Origin: a virus
Taxonomy: Duplodnaviria; Caudoviricetes
Strand: one strand, 5' to 3'
IMG/VR virus record: IMGVR_UViG_3300028909_000001
Length of the DNA: 64,000 nucleotides
Below, one piece after another: positions 47,112 to 56,488 of the stretch. The position numbers were made by a program, and so were the translations under genes. How positions within the stretch are numbered: position 1 is the stretch's first letter; the number at the start of each line of letters is the position of its first letter. The notes under the pieces are model-generated. The model was not told where the DNA came from and searched no databases. It saw only the letters and a program-made list of their open reading frames with translations.

Positions 47112-49846
47112 TGACAATTGATGAATTTTTAACAGAATATAATACATATAGAGTAGCTGGAGCTTCATTTATACAACCTTCAGGAGATCACGAAGCCAAG
47201 TTGATGTTAGTTCTTAGTTATCCTAGTTATGATGCTCTACAAACTGGTAACTTATTAGCTGGGGATAATGGTGATGAACTTAAAGCAGCCCTGGATTTGG
47301 CCGGCTTTCAAGAATCTGATTATTATTTAACTGCTATGGTTAAATTTGATGTAGGTTCAGCCGGAAAGCCTACTAAACAGATGATTGAACAATGTAGCGG
47401 TGTACTGGATTTTGAGATTAAAACAGTTAAACCTAGATTGATCCTTACTTTAGGAGCTGAGCCGTTTAAAAGGATTAAGAAAGAGAAAAGCAAGGTTACT
47501 AGTTATTTAGGCAATATTATAGATTGTCCTTATGACTGCAAGCTGTTACCTAACTATTCTCCTGGAATGATAGTTGGCCAGGACCCTACACTAAGGTCTG
47601 CATTTAGAGAGGTGTTTACTCTAGCTAAAAGATTTATAGAAGATAAGCTGGATTATACTAGATATGATAAACTAGTAGTAGATGACCCTGAATTAAGTAA
47701 AGTTATTATACAAGAATATATAGATAAGAAGGCATTCCTAGTAGGTTATGATGGAGAATGGAAGGGGAAGAAGATGACTGATGATGAGGTCATGTATACT
47801 TTTCAGTATTCTTGTGAACCTAATGTAGCTATTGTATTGGATATTTCAAAAGATGGTGTAACTGAGAATAAAGAATTACTTGATACAGTAAAGCCATTAT
47901 TAGAACATCCACAAGTACAAAGAATGGGTTGGAATATTAGAGTTGATGATGAAAGGCTTAAATTGAGAGGGTTTAATTTATCTGATGACACTCTATTCTT
48001 TGATGGTATGAAAGCTTGTGGATTCTTAGATAGTAGGTATCCTAAAGGTCTAGAAACTGGTATTAAGTACTTCACTAACTATAAACCTTATTATAAAGAG
48101 ATGCCAGATCTCCTCAAAAAGCATGGGTTGAAGTGGGAAGAGTTAGCCCAATTAAAGTTATTAGAGCCTGATTTCTTTTATGAGTATTGTGGTGGTGATG
48201 CAGTAGCTCATAGGACTGCTTGTTTAGCTATGAAGGAAAGTATGGATAAGTTACCAGAGAAAGTAAGAACTTACTTTTATAATACATATCTACCTTTAAC
48301 TCATTATTTCATGGATTTGGAGTTAGCTGGGATACCTATAGATTTGGTGAAAATGGAAGAAATGACTAATCAATATGTATCTAAATATGAAGAACTTAAA
48401 GATATATTAAAAACTAGATTAACTGGTATCTTCCCAGATTTTAATCCAGCTAGTGCACCTCAAAAGAAGAAGTTATTATATCAAGTACTCGGTTTAGCCC
48501 CAGCCTTTTATACTAAAAAAGGAAAGATTAAACCCAGAGCTTGGTACGATCAACAAAAAGCAGGTACAAAGAAGCATTATTCTCCTAGTACTAATAGTAA
48601 ATCATTAAGTACTATATGTTTCGATCTAGAGAAGGAATTGGAAAAACCACAACCAGATAACTTAATACAGGATAAATATATTATAGTTAAGAATCTATTA
48701 GATTTAACTAGAGTAGGAGTATTTGCTACTAAGTTCTTGTGTAAAACTGGTACTGAGTTTGAAGAAATAGATGAAGCAGATCTGGAAGGTGATGCTGACG
48801 AGGATGCCAAAAAGAGTTCATATTGGGCGGCTATTTGTAAAGATGGCAAGATTCACCCAAGTTTTTATGAATGCTTGGATAACTTTAGAAGTAGTAGCAA
48901 GCCTAATGTACAGAATCCAGCTTCCAAAGTGTTAAGTAATATCCCTAATATATTTGTGCCTGGTTATAGTTTAATGAGTAAAGATGACCAAAAGAAGAAT
49001 TATCATCTAATACCAAGTAATCTTAGACATATATTCTATTCCGGGGACCCTGATTGGTATTGGGCTGAGATCGACATAGCCAGTGCCGACCTCGGAATAT
49101 TAGCATTCCTAAGTAAAGACCCTAAATATATAAATGACATTCTTAGTGGTGGATTTCATTTAACCAAAGCTAGAGAGTATTTCCAAGACCCAAATGTAAC
49201 TAAAAACGATTATTCTAAATATGTGTCAGCAAAGTCTATTACATTTAGAGTATCATACACTTCAGAACTATTAGCTGCCTCAATGCCTATTCAAGCAGAG
49301 ATTTATGCAGAAAGTGGCATTTATCTACCTATTCAACGTATCGAATATGCTTTGAAGACATGGGAGCAATATACACAATATATGGAGTTTAGGAAGCAAT
49401 GTATGCAGCAAGTAGAAGAATATAAGTATATAGAGAATGCTAGAGGTTTAAAATACCATTTCGAAGATAGTGATGACTTTAGAATATTGGCTGGTTGGAA
49501 GAATGAAAGTTTGGCTTTTCCACCTGCTAGTGAATTAGCATTGTTTATGTGGGATATATGTGTAACTATGAAACGTTATCTAGTTAAAGAAGGGGTCTGG
49601 ATGAAGTGGATTAAACCAGTAAATAGTGTTCATGATGCTGCATATTATCTTGTACATAAAGATGTTATGAAAGATAATTGGTTTCCTGAAGTTTGTAAGA
49701 ACTACTTTACTAAAGAATGTAAAATAGCTACTGGTGATACTTTAGGAATGGAAATGTCAGTAGGAGATAGATGGAAATGTAAGGAGGAGGCTTTTCATGG
49801 GGAGACGGTCTGGGACTTCAATAATAAATGCTGGAATTGGAAATAA
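47090..49846 (+). CDS. polA: Family A DNA polymerase with N-terminal UDG-fold and 3'-5' exonuclease domains
   Basis: N-terminal PTxxMIxxC..LxxEIxxVKPRLILTLG (family-4 UDG fold), exonuclease YDGE and YCGGDA, RSSSKPNVQN, and motifs A (EIDIASADL), B (KSITF...Y) and C (VHDA). Confidence 0.88.
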   Translation: MDTDKIMMTIDEFLTEYNTYRVAGASFIQPSGDHEAKLMLVLSYPSYDALQTGNLLAGDNGDELKAALDLAGFQESDYYLTAMVKFDVGSAGKPTKQMIEQCSGVLDFEIKTVKPRLILTLGAEPFKRIKKEKSKVTSYLGNIIDCPYDCKLLPNYSPGMIVGQDPTLRSAFREVFTLAKRFIEDKLDYTRYDKLVVDDPELSKVIIQEYIDKKAFLVGYDGEWKGKKMTDDEVMYTFQYSCEPNVAIVLDISKDGVTENKELLDTVKPLLEHPQVQRMGWNIRVDDERLKLRGFNLSDDTLFFDGMKACGFLDSRYPKGLETGIKYFTNYKPYYKEMPDLLKKHGLKWEELAQLKLLEPDFFYEYCGGDAVAHRTACLAMKESMDKLPEKVRTYFYNTYLPLTHYFMDLELAGIPIDLVKMEEMTNQYVSKYEELKDILKTRLTGIFPDFNPASAPQKKKLLYQVLGLAPAFYTKKGKIKPRAWYDQQKAGTKKHYSPSTNSKSLSTICFDLEKELEKPQPDNLIQDKYIIVKNLLDLTRVGVFATKFLCKTGTEFEEIDEADLEGDADEDAKKSSYWAAICKDGKIHPSFYECLDNFRSSSKPNVQNPASKVLSNIPNIFVPGYSLMSKDDQKKNYHLIPSNLRHIFYSGDPDWYWAEIDIASADLGILAFLSKDPKYINDILSGGFHLTKAREYFQDPNVTKNDYSKYVSAKSITFRVSYTSELLAASMPIQAEIYAESGIYLPIQRIEYALKTWEQYTQYMEFRKQCMQQVEEYKYIENARGLKYHFEDSDDFRILAGWKNESLAFPPASELALFMWDICVTMKRYLVKEGVWMKWIKPVNSVHDAAYYLVHKDVMKDNWFPEVCKNYFTKECKIATGDTLGMEMSVGDRWKCKEEAFHGETVWDFNNKCWNWK

Positions 49847-49890
49847 GTCTGATTCTATAGCAAACAACAAACAATAATAACAACAACTAT

Positions 49891-50673
49891 ATGTTAATAA
49901 TTAATCTAAATACTAAACGTGTCAATCAAAGCACCATTGACCCCGACATTGTAATCTTGACTGGTGCATCACAAGAACTGATTACTAGCCTGCAAAAGCA
50001 TGTATTGTCAGCGTCTGGTACAGCCAAGATTTCAACTAATGAGATTCCGGTAAATACTAATAGGGTTAGTAGGACAGTGCCAGAAAGTACTTATGCTTCA
50101 GCTGATTCAAATTTCACTGAGAACTTTGAGAAGCTGAGTGAGGTAATTGATAATATTACCAACAATGCATTTGAGCCTGCAGTTAAGGTTAAGACTACAA
50201 ACTCAAAGCCTAACCGTACTTTGCTCAGGAATAAGGTTAAGGCTAAGGCTAAGAAGAATGTAGTACCTGCTCCTTATACACGTGACTTGTTGACAGTAAT
50301 TGACGATCTTTTAAGTAATGAAGACTTTGTAAGTGAAGTAAGAGCTACCTATCTTGATAGAGGTAATTTCATTTCTGAGAATACCATTCTTACACCTCAA
50401 AATGTTAAAGTAGCATTGGCTTTGTGGGGGTATTATGGAATACAGAATCCATTTAGCTCTAGTAACGGAGTTGATACTATTAAAAGTAATATCCGGACTA
50501 GCCAAGATACTATTATAAGGTTGAATTCGAAGTTTAAAATTCTTTATGTAGAGGGTGATGGTTCTTCAACCAAATATAGTGTTAGTGAAGAATTCGATCA
50601 GATTGTAAGACTGGTGCTTGCTTCTGACGAATTTATGGATCTTGCTCAAGTCTTGCCAGCCTATAAAAGTTAA
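49891..50673 (+). CDS. Hypothetical protein
   Basis: 260-aa ORF with a basic linker. Confidence 0.7.
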   Translation: MLIINLNTKRVNQSTIDPDIVILTGASQELITSLQKHVLSASGTAKISTNEIPVNTNRVSRTVPESTYASADSNFTENFEKLSEVIDNITNNAFEPAVKVKTTNSKPNRTLLRNKVKAKAKKNVVPAPYTRDLLTVIDDLLSNEDFVSEVRATYLDRGNFISENTILTPQNVKVALALWGYYGIQNPFSSSNGVDTIKSNIRTSQDTIIRLNSKFKILYVEGDGSSTKYSVSEEFDQIVRLVLASDEFMDLAQVLPAYKS

Positions 50674-50685
50674 GTAAATAACCTC

Positions 50686-50719
50686 AGCCCCAATAACATC
50701 TAGTTGTTGGGGCTTTTTC
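50686..50719 (+). terminator. Rho-independent terminator
   Basis: AGCCCCAA...TTGGGGCT followed by TTTT. Confidence 0.7.
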
Positions 50720-50721
50720 TT

Positions 50722-51222
50722 ATGGATGACCCAATTTTATACATAACATTTAAAGATACTGTATCTAGTAGTAATGACAAAGGTTTAGGTATAGTGGTTG
50801 AGAATTTACGTAATCAACTTCTTAATGTAGCAGACAAAATTAAGGCTGATCCTGAAACCATCTATCATTATATTAGACAAGATTTACCTATTCTTCAGAT
50901 TAATTTATCAGCTCCAATAATTGTATCGCCCAGTGCTGGCTGGCCCCCACCTCAAGAAACAAATAATACACAGATTAATGGTGAACAAACTTTAATAGAT
51001 CAAATTTTCAAAGATCTAAAGAAAACCCATAAAAGTGAAGCAATAATCAAATATATGGTTCAAAATTCTGGTATTGACCTTACCGTAGACCAGATAGCCC
51101 AAGGAGCTTCAATAACTAAACAAGAACTGACTTCCTGGTTATCTCAAACAGCTAAAAAGATTCCTGCAATAGAAAATACTTCTAGAGGAATATACAAATT
51201 TAACCCTAATCAATTAACTTAA
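50722..51222 (+). CDS. Protein with a C-terminal winged helix-turn-helix, paralog 1 (likely start 50722)
   Basis: AIIKYM...LTVDQIAQGASITKQELTSWLSQT...IENTSRGIYKFN. Confidence 0.7.
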   Translation: MDDPILYITFKDTVSSSNDKGLGIVVENLRNQLLNVADKIKADPETIYHYIRQDLPILQINLSAPIIVSPSAGWPPPQETNNTQINGEQTLIDQIFKDLKKTHKSEAIIKYMVQNSGIDLTVDQIAQGASITKQELTSWLSQTAKKIPAIENTSRGIYKFNPNQLT

Positions 51223-51225
51223 ACT

Positions 51226-51870
51226 ATGCCTGTCCCAACTAATAAAATCAGCCTCCTATTTACAGTTCCTTTAGAATCGAGTGACTCCAAAGTAGTAAGA
51301 GCTGCTTATAAAGAGCTAGCTTCCCAAGTCCTAAGATTTGCTGAAGCTATTAAAATTGATCCTAATATCATGATTGTACATACTACAGTCTCTGAAGACC
51401 TCAAAGACCTTAAAGCTTGTACTCATACTATAGTTGACCCCAAACTAGCAGAACTCCAAACCATTAATAAGAAAGTAGCTAGTGGTAAGTCTGCGGTAGA
51501 TAATCCTAATCAACCTATTACTGAACTTTCTAAAGGGTTTGAAGATGAACCGGCTAGAGTTACTTCAATGCCTATGTCTGAATGGAAGGAAGAGAAGGAG
51601 GCAGTATCTATTCCAGTAGTAGATGTAGATAAGTTGAAGGAGAAGCTGCTTGAGCAATTTCAAAGATTAACTACCAAGACCAAGGCTGTGATTGAGTTTC
51701 TAGCCAATAATCATGATAAGGAAGTAACTAGTGAAGAGATTGCTACTGGAGCTAAACTAGAAGCTAAAGAGATTACTAGCTGGCTTAGTCAAACTGGTAA
51801 AACAGTTAAAGCACTTGAGAATGTTAAACGTGGTGTTTATAAGCTTAATTCAACTAAGGTGAAGATTTAA
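51226..51870 (+). CDS. Protein with a C-terminal winged helix-turn-helix, paralog 2
   Basis: AVIEFL...VTSEEIATGAKLEAKEITSWLSQT...LENVKRGVYKLN. Confidence 0.7.
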   Translation: MPVPTNKISLLFTVPLESSDSKVVRAAYKELASQVLRFAEAIKIDPNIMIVHTTVSEDLKDLKACTHTIVDPKLAELQTINKKVASGKSAVDNPNQPITELSKGFEDEPARVTSMPMSEWKEEKEAVSIPVVDVDKLKEKLLEQFQRLTTKTKAVIEFLANNHDKEVTSEEIATGAKLEAKEITSWLSQTGKTVKALENVKRGVYKLNSTKVKI

Positions 51871-51876
51871 TTTAGC

Positions 51877-51924
51877 AGCTCCTTAATAGTAAGTATTCAA
51901 TTACTGAAATTAAGGAGCTTTCTT
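51877..51924 (+). terminator. Terminator-like hairpin
   Basis: AGCTCCTTAAT...ATTAAGGAGCT followed by TTCTTT. Confidence 0.7.
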
Positions 51925-51929
51925 TAATT

Positions 51930-52664
51930 ATGTTAAGTACTTTAAAACCATCTAATAATAGCAAAGTTAGATTTATTCCGAATCATAATAATACGTTTGG
52001 ATTGACACACGGTTCACCTAAGAATGGTGGGACATGTATTGGTGCAACTTGTGGTCCTGGCGGTTGTTTGGATATAAGAGATGGGCTTAAACGCCAGACT
52101 TGTTATGTTTCCAAGATTGTGCAGATTTATAAGAATGTGGGAAAAGTTTTAACAAGTAATTCTGAATTATTGGTGGGAAAAACCCAACCAGAAATGACAG
52201 AGTTACTTATTAGAACTTTTCAAACATTCAAAGATAACAATAAGAAGGAGAATTGGTATTATAGACTTCATTGGGCCGGCGATTTCTTTTCCGAAGACTA
52301 TGCCAGGGCTATGGTCGAAGCTTGTAGTACATTCCCAGAAATAAGATTCTGGGTATATACTAGAAGTTTTGACTTTGTACCTATTTTAGTTGAGGCTTCA
52401 AATTTAGCAGTATATCTTAGTTTAGACCCGGTAAATAAGGATAAAGGGTTAAAGATATATGAGGAATTGAGATATAGATATAATAATGTAGGGGTGGCTT
52501 TTATGGGACCTAGAGATGTTACCAATATTAAGTTTATTAATTGCCCGGAAACTCACGGGAAGATAGAAAATACTAAAGATAAAGGAGCTTGTGCCAAATG
52601 TAAGTTGTGTTTCACTTATACAGATAAGATACAACTAAGAAATATAGCATTTAGCTTACACTAA
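51930..52664 (+). CDS. GP88-like (radical-SAM-related, Cys-rich) phage protein
   Basis: TC..AT....C......CY cluster, YRLHWAGDFFS, FWVYTRS and a C-terminal CP...CxxCxxC. Confidence 0.7.
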   Translation: MLSTLKPSNNSKVRFIPNHNNTFGLTHGSPKNGGTCIGATCGPGGCLDIRDGLKRQTCYVSKIVQIYKNVGKVLTSNSELLVGKTQPEMTELLIRTFQTFKDNNKKENWYYRLHWAGDFFSEDYARAMVEACSTFPEIRFWVYTRSFDFVPILVEASNLAVYLSLDPVNKDKGLKIYEELRYRYNNVGVAFMGPRDVTNIKFINCPETHGKIENTKDKGACAKCKLCFTYTDKIQLRNIAFSLH

Positions 52665-52667
52665 ATT

Positions 52668-52937
52668 ATGATAAATGAAGAAACAAGCGTAACAGTGGAT
52701 TACATCAGAGATAATATTGATGAATTATTATCTTTGGCAAAGGAGAAGTTTGACAGGATTTATGGGACAGATGCGCATAGTAGAGAACCGATAGCATTTA
52801 CCCAGTTCGTGCATGCTCTAATATCATTTAGAACTGATATGTTAATTGATTTTTTAGGCAGCAATATAGATGATTTGAGGAAAGCATTCTTCTTAGCAAA
52901 CGAGATAGATTCCGATGACCTGAATTCTATTGATTAA
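52668..52937 (+). CDS. Hypothetical protein
   Basis: 89-aa ORF. Confidence 0.6.
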   Translation: MINEETSVTVDYIRDNIDELLSLAKEKFDRIYGTDAHSREPIAFTQFVHALISFRTDMLIDFLGSNIDDLRKAFFLANEIDSDDLNSID

Positions 52938-52942
52938 TTTAT

Positions 52943-53335
52943 ATGAAAAAACTATACGATTATTTAACCGGAAATTGGGAACATACAGACCTTAGATGTT
53001 CTGTTGCTGAACAATTAAAACATATAGATGAAGAATGTCGGAGTGCTTATGCATTAATACCTAAAGTAACTGAGGTAATTGCTAAGCTACAAAAAAAAGA
53101 AAAATTAAGTGAACTTGATAAAAATATTATAAATCTTGCATCGGCTCAGTATACATTAACTACAATAAATGTTAATAAACGATTTGCATATCTTACAGGA
53201 CAAGGACGAAATATTAATGAGTTTTTAACAAAGGTAATTGTAGGTCTTACTGTTATCTTAGTAGTTATTACAACATATCCTTGTATATTTCATGATATAT
53301 TAGGTTGGTTATATCATATAACAAAAATGTCGTAA
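52943..53335 (+). CDS. Hypothetical protein with a C-terminal TM helix
   Basis: Hydrophobic VIVGLTVILVVITTYPCIF segment. Confidence 0.6.
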   Translation: MKKLYDYLTGNWEHTDLRCSVAEQLKHIDEECRSAYALIPKVTEVIAKLQKKEKLSELDKNIINLASAQYTLTTINVNKRFAYLTGQGRNINEFLTKVIVGLTVILVVITTYPCIFHDILGWLYHITKMS

Positions 53336-53348
53336 ATAACATATCTAT

Positions 53349-53603
53349 ATGGGTAATCAAGTATTAACCAGGGCTAGTTATTGGACATATCTACCTAATT
53401 CGACTAAATCTTATTGGCAGAAGTTGGCAGATAGAAATATAGCTATTATATGTACTCATAGGGCAAGTTCTAGAACTTATCAAGGAGAAACTAGAGTAAG
53501 AATTGCTTCTACTGCTGGTAAATTCGGTAAAGCAGCAAAGATAGTTAATTTAGATATTTTAAAGATGTTAAATGATGGGTATGTCTGGCGAAGCTACCCA
53601 TAA
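53349..53603 (+). CDS. Hypothetical basic protein
   Basis: 84-aa ORF. Confidence 0.55.
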   Translation: MGNQVLTRASYWTYLPNSTKSYWQKLADRNIAIICTHRASSRTYQGETRVRIASTAGKFGKAAKIVNLDILKMLNDGYVWRSYP

Positions 53604-53660
53604 AATCAAAATTCCCCACAAAAAGCACCACAAAATTAAAAGTCTGGTCTAAAATAATTC

Positions 53661-53689
53661 GTGACCTGTTTATCGTGTCGTGATACAAT
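53661..53689 (+). promoter_or_regulatory. Sigma70-like promoter heading the Ubl-E1-JAB operon
   Basis: GTGACC-N17-TACAAT upstream of ATG 53736. Confidence 0.5.
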
Positions 53690-53735
53690 TAATCAATAAA
53701 CAGGATTAACTGACACTAACTAAACACTAATTATT

Positions 53736-54038
53736 ATGAACAAGACTGATACTAAACCTATTATCGTTAAAATCAAGATTCTGGACCAAACTGGACACAC
53801 TACTTTGGAACAGGCTATTGATGATGCAATCAAGACCGCTTTTACCTATAATTTTACAAATGGTAAGAACATTAATGTACGTGGTGAAAACGGAGTAGTT
53901 CCTTTTGAACTATTCGCCAAGGATATTAATGATACGGAAGGATTGCTCAGTGATACGATTAGACTCCATAAAGCTCTCACTCAATTCGAAGACCCTTTAA
54001 TTTTCATTACTGGTGCTTTGGCTGGTGGAGCGAACTAA
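53736..54038 (+). CDS. Ubiquitin-like (beta-grasp, ThiS/MoaD-type) protein with a di-Gly capped by two residues
   Basis: The C-terminus LIFITGALAGG-AN resembles ThiS/MoaD/SAMP ends. N-terminal strand-strand-helix pattern IIVKIKILD / GHTTLE / IDDAIKTAF. Same operon as the E1 and JAB genes. Confidence 0.7.
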   Translation: MNKTDTKPIIVKIKILDQTGHTTLEQAIDDAIKTAFTYNFTNGKNINVRGENGVVPFELFAKDINDTEGLLSDTIRLHKALTQFEDPLIFITGALAGGAN

Positions 54039-54051
54039 ACGCGGAACCCTC

Positions 54052-54082
54052 GGAGCAAATCTAATACTAGTAGGTTTGCTCC
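54052..54082 (+). terminator. Hairpin between the Ubl gene and the downstream genes
   Basis: GGAGCAAAT...GTTTGCTCC. Confidence 0.6.
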
Positions 54083-54097
54083 ACTTAATTTAAACCT

Positions 54098-56083
54098 ATG
54101 TCTTTTATCTCACCTGAAAACTTTCAATATTACGCTAATTACTTTGCTCAACTAACAAAAGCCAAATTAGACTATGAAATAAATAGATCTGAAAAATATG
54201 TTAGTGATGATCAAGGGAATTCAGCATATCAAGTAACCTTTCATCCAATTTTTAAGAATATTACGACTTTAGACCAATTAGCCTCAGTTTGGTCAGCTGC
54301 TCCCAACCCTATACCTGTAGATGCTATTAGAGGTGGGGTTATAACTGATGAGTTGCTTAGAAATCCCAACTGTTGCATAGTTAGTGGAAGTGTGTATAAA
54401 CAAAACATTACTTCAATTAAGTTTTATGCTAATAGTGTGTTTGATTCAACTAATTGTAATGTAAAAATTTACTTAATAAACAATACTGTCCTTGAAAGAG
54501 TGGTAAATGCTAGGACTATCAGAGTATGTAGTTTGGGCAGTCTTTATAACAATGGTAAGATTGTTTTCTGTGGTGATGAAAACACTCCCTGGTTTAATTA
54601 TATAGATAAAGGGCATATCATAATATTTGCTTCTGCTGGAGAACAGATGGAGGGTAATAGCCGTACATTTGTCACAGATGCTATAACTTTGGATATGAAC
54701 TATATAATTGCAGCAGCTTCCATCTATCCTCCCGCCATAGATGATATATTACAGAACAAAGCATTTATTCCTAGTAAGGATAGTAGACTAGCTTTGTTAA
54801 GGGTGGAGAAAGCTATTCCAGCCAGATATCGAGAAGCTTATTTAGCTAGAAAAGCCAAGATACAGGAAGACTTTAGCAAAAATACCACTAATGTAATGAT
54901 TGGTAAATTGACTAGGAAAGAAAGTCCGTTTATTGAGCTTAACGGTATCAAGATAACTGCTACCAAAGCTGATTATATAGCTGGTCATGTAACAATAGAA
55001 GCCAATAATCTAGCTGAAGTTGTCTTTGCTAAACTAAATCCCAATGAAACGGAATGGGATATATTCACATTGATAAACATATATACTGATTGGGTTAATG
55101 AACAATTCAGAAACTTGCCACTTAATGCTGATGGGTCTGGCTGTTCAGCAGCCAAATCGTTCTCATTTAAAATCAATGATATTCCGTTAAAGGTGAGTTG
55201 TTTTACTGAGAATACTAGGAGGGCGGTAAATGATCACTTAATCAATGTAGATGAGCTGAGTGCTGTTCTTAAAAGAGCTAGTTGTTATCAAGCAGTTGAA
55301 GGCGAGGATAATGTAAAGAACTTTGACAAGTTTATTTCTAATGTATCCAGGCATTCATTGAAGATTCGTGATATCTGGTCTAATGGTATGCCAGTTAAAA
55401 CTGTTTACTTAGAGAGTGACAGGAATAGTTACGGTAAACAGGCTACTATGAAGCATCCTAAGCTAAGGTTTATTCATAAAGATAAGAAGGGTTTCTATCT
55501 AATAGTGAATCAATATGATAGTAAGAATAAGTCTAAGATCATTTCGACTAATGAGTATAGAATAGGTAAATTTGCAGCATTCATTAAAAGGGTGGAACAG
55601 GCGAACAGAAGTAATTATATGAATTATGTTCATGATTATAGTCGAAATTCTGAAGGTTACTATCTACCACTATCAGGAACTAACAAATGTGCAACTGAAC
55701 TATTAATTATTTTAGCTGAATTTGCTGGTGATATTACTGAAGAGGATAAGAAGGCATTGATAGGTTCCATTAATTATGAGCTGAGTGAAGCTGAAAAGAA
55801 ATCTGAAGAATTGTTGAAAGAAGCTTGTCAACTAACTAACTCTAAAGAAGGTACTAGAGACGGCAAGGTTGGCTATATAGTACCAGGAAAGATGAGAACT
55901 TATTTCGTTGAAGCTGAAGGTACCCATAAAGTTTACGATAATGACCCCAAAGCTACTAATCCTTATTTCTGTGTAGTTAATAAAGGAGATATGGGTGTAG
56001 GTAGAGATGCATTAGTAGCTCGTATATTCGCGCTACATAATGACCAGATGATGGCTAAACAAATTCACACATTACAAAGATAA
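54098..56083 (+). CDS. Large hypothetical protein (661 aa) in the Ubl-JAB-E1 operon
   Basis: No full-length family recognised. The C-terminus has a PGKMRTY...YFCVV...DALVARIFALHND module. Confidence 0.8.
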   Translation: MSFISPENFQYYANYFAQLTKAKLDYEINRSEKYVSDDQGNSAYQVTFHPIFKNITTLDQLASVWSAAPNPIPVDAIRGGVITDELLRNPNCCIVSGSVYKQNITSIKFYANSVFDSTNCNVKIYLINNTVLERVVNARTIRVCSLGSLYNNGKIVFCGDENTPWFNYIDKGHIIIFASAGEQMEGNSRTFVTDAITLDMNYIIAAASIYPPAIDDILQNKAFIPSKDSRLALLRVEKAIPARYREAYLARKAKIQEDFSKNTTNVMIGKLTRKESPFIELNGIKITATKADYIAGHVTIEANNLAEVVFAKLNPNETEWDIFTLINIYTDWVNEQFRNLPLNADGSGCSAAKSFSFKINDIPLKVSCFTENTRRAVNDHLINVDELSAVLKRASCYQAVEGEDNVKNFDKFISNVSRHSLKIRDIWSNGMPVKTVYLESDRNSYGKQATMKHPKLRFIHKDKKGFYLIVNQYDSKNKSKIISTNEYRIGKFAAFIKRVEQANRSNYMNYVHDYSRNSEGYYLPLSGTNKCATELLIILAEFAGDITEEDKKALIGSINYELSEAEKKSEELLKEACQLTNSKEGTRDGKVGYIVPGKMRTYFVEAEGTHKVYDNDPKATNPYFCVVNKGDMGVGRDALVARIFALHNDQMMAKQIHTLQR

Positions 56084-56089
56084 AAAAAT

Positions 56090-56488
56090 ATGACTCGTGA
56101 AGATTTAACCTTCGCGACCTGTTATCAACTAGCACAACTTATTTCTGAAGACTGGGAAAACCAGCCTTCAGAAGTAAAGCATGCTATTTATCTATTAAAA
56201 CCAATAGATGAACCAGGTGAATTATTTTGGGGAGTTCCTCCAATAGTAAATCCACTTAAGTTAGCAGCGTCAGAAAGGGAACCAGACTCCATAAGATTGA
56301 ATAGAAAACTATATGAACTAGAAGTAGTTTCAAAGTGTTTTAAACTAATAATTGAACATTCTGATCAATGGCAAACACAAAATTCTGACGACCTAAAAAA
56401 GGAAATCATTTCAAGAGTAAAAGAATATGAAGAAGAAATCATTAGCATCTCTAAACCTGTGCCTTTTACATGCCATATCCAAATATGA
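56090..56488 (+). CDS. Hypothetical protein in the Ubl-JAB-E1 operon
   Basis: 132-aa helical ORF overlapping the JAB gene. Confidence 0.65.
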   Translation: MTREDLTFATCYQLAQLISEDWENQPSEVKHAIYLLKPIDEPGELFWGVPPIVNPLKLAASEREPDSIRLNRKLYELEVVSKCFKLIIEHSDQWQTQNSDDLKKEIISRVKEYEEEIISISKPVPFTCHIQI

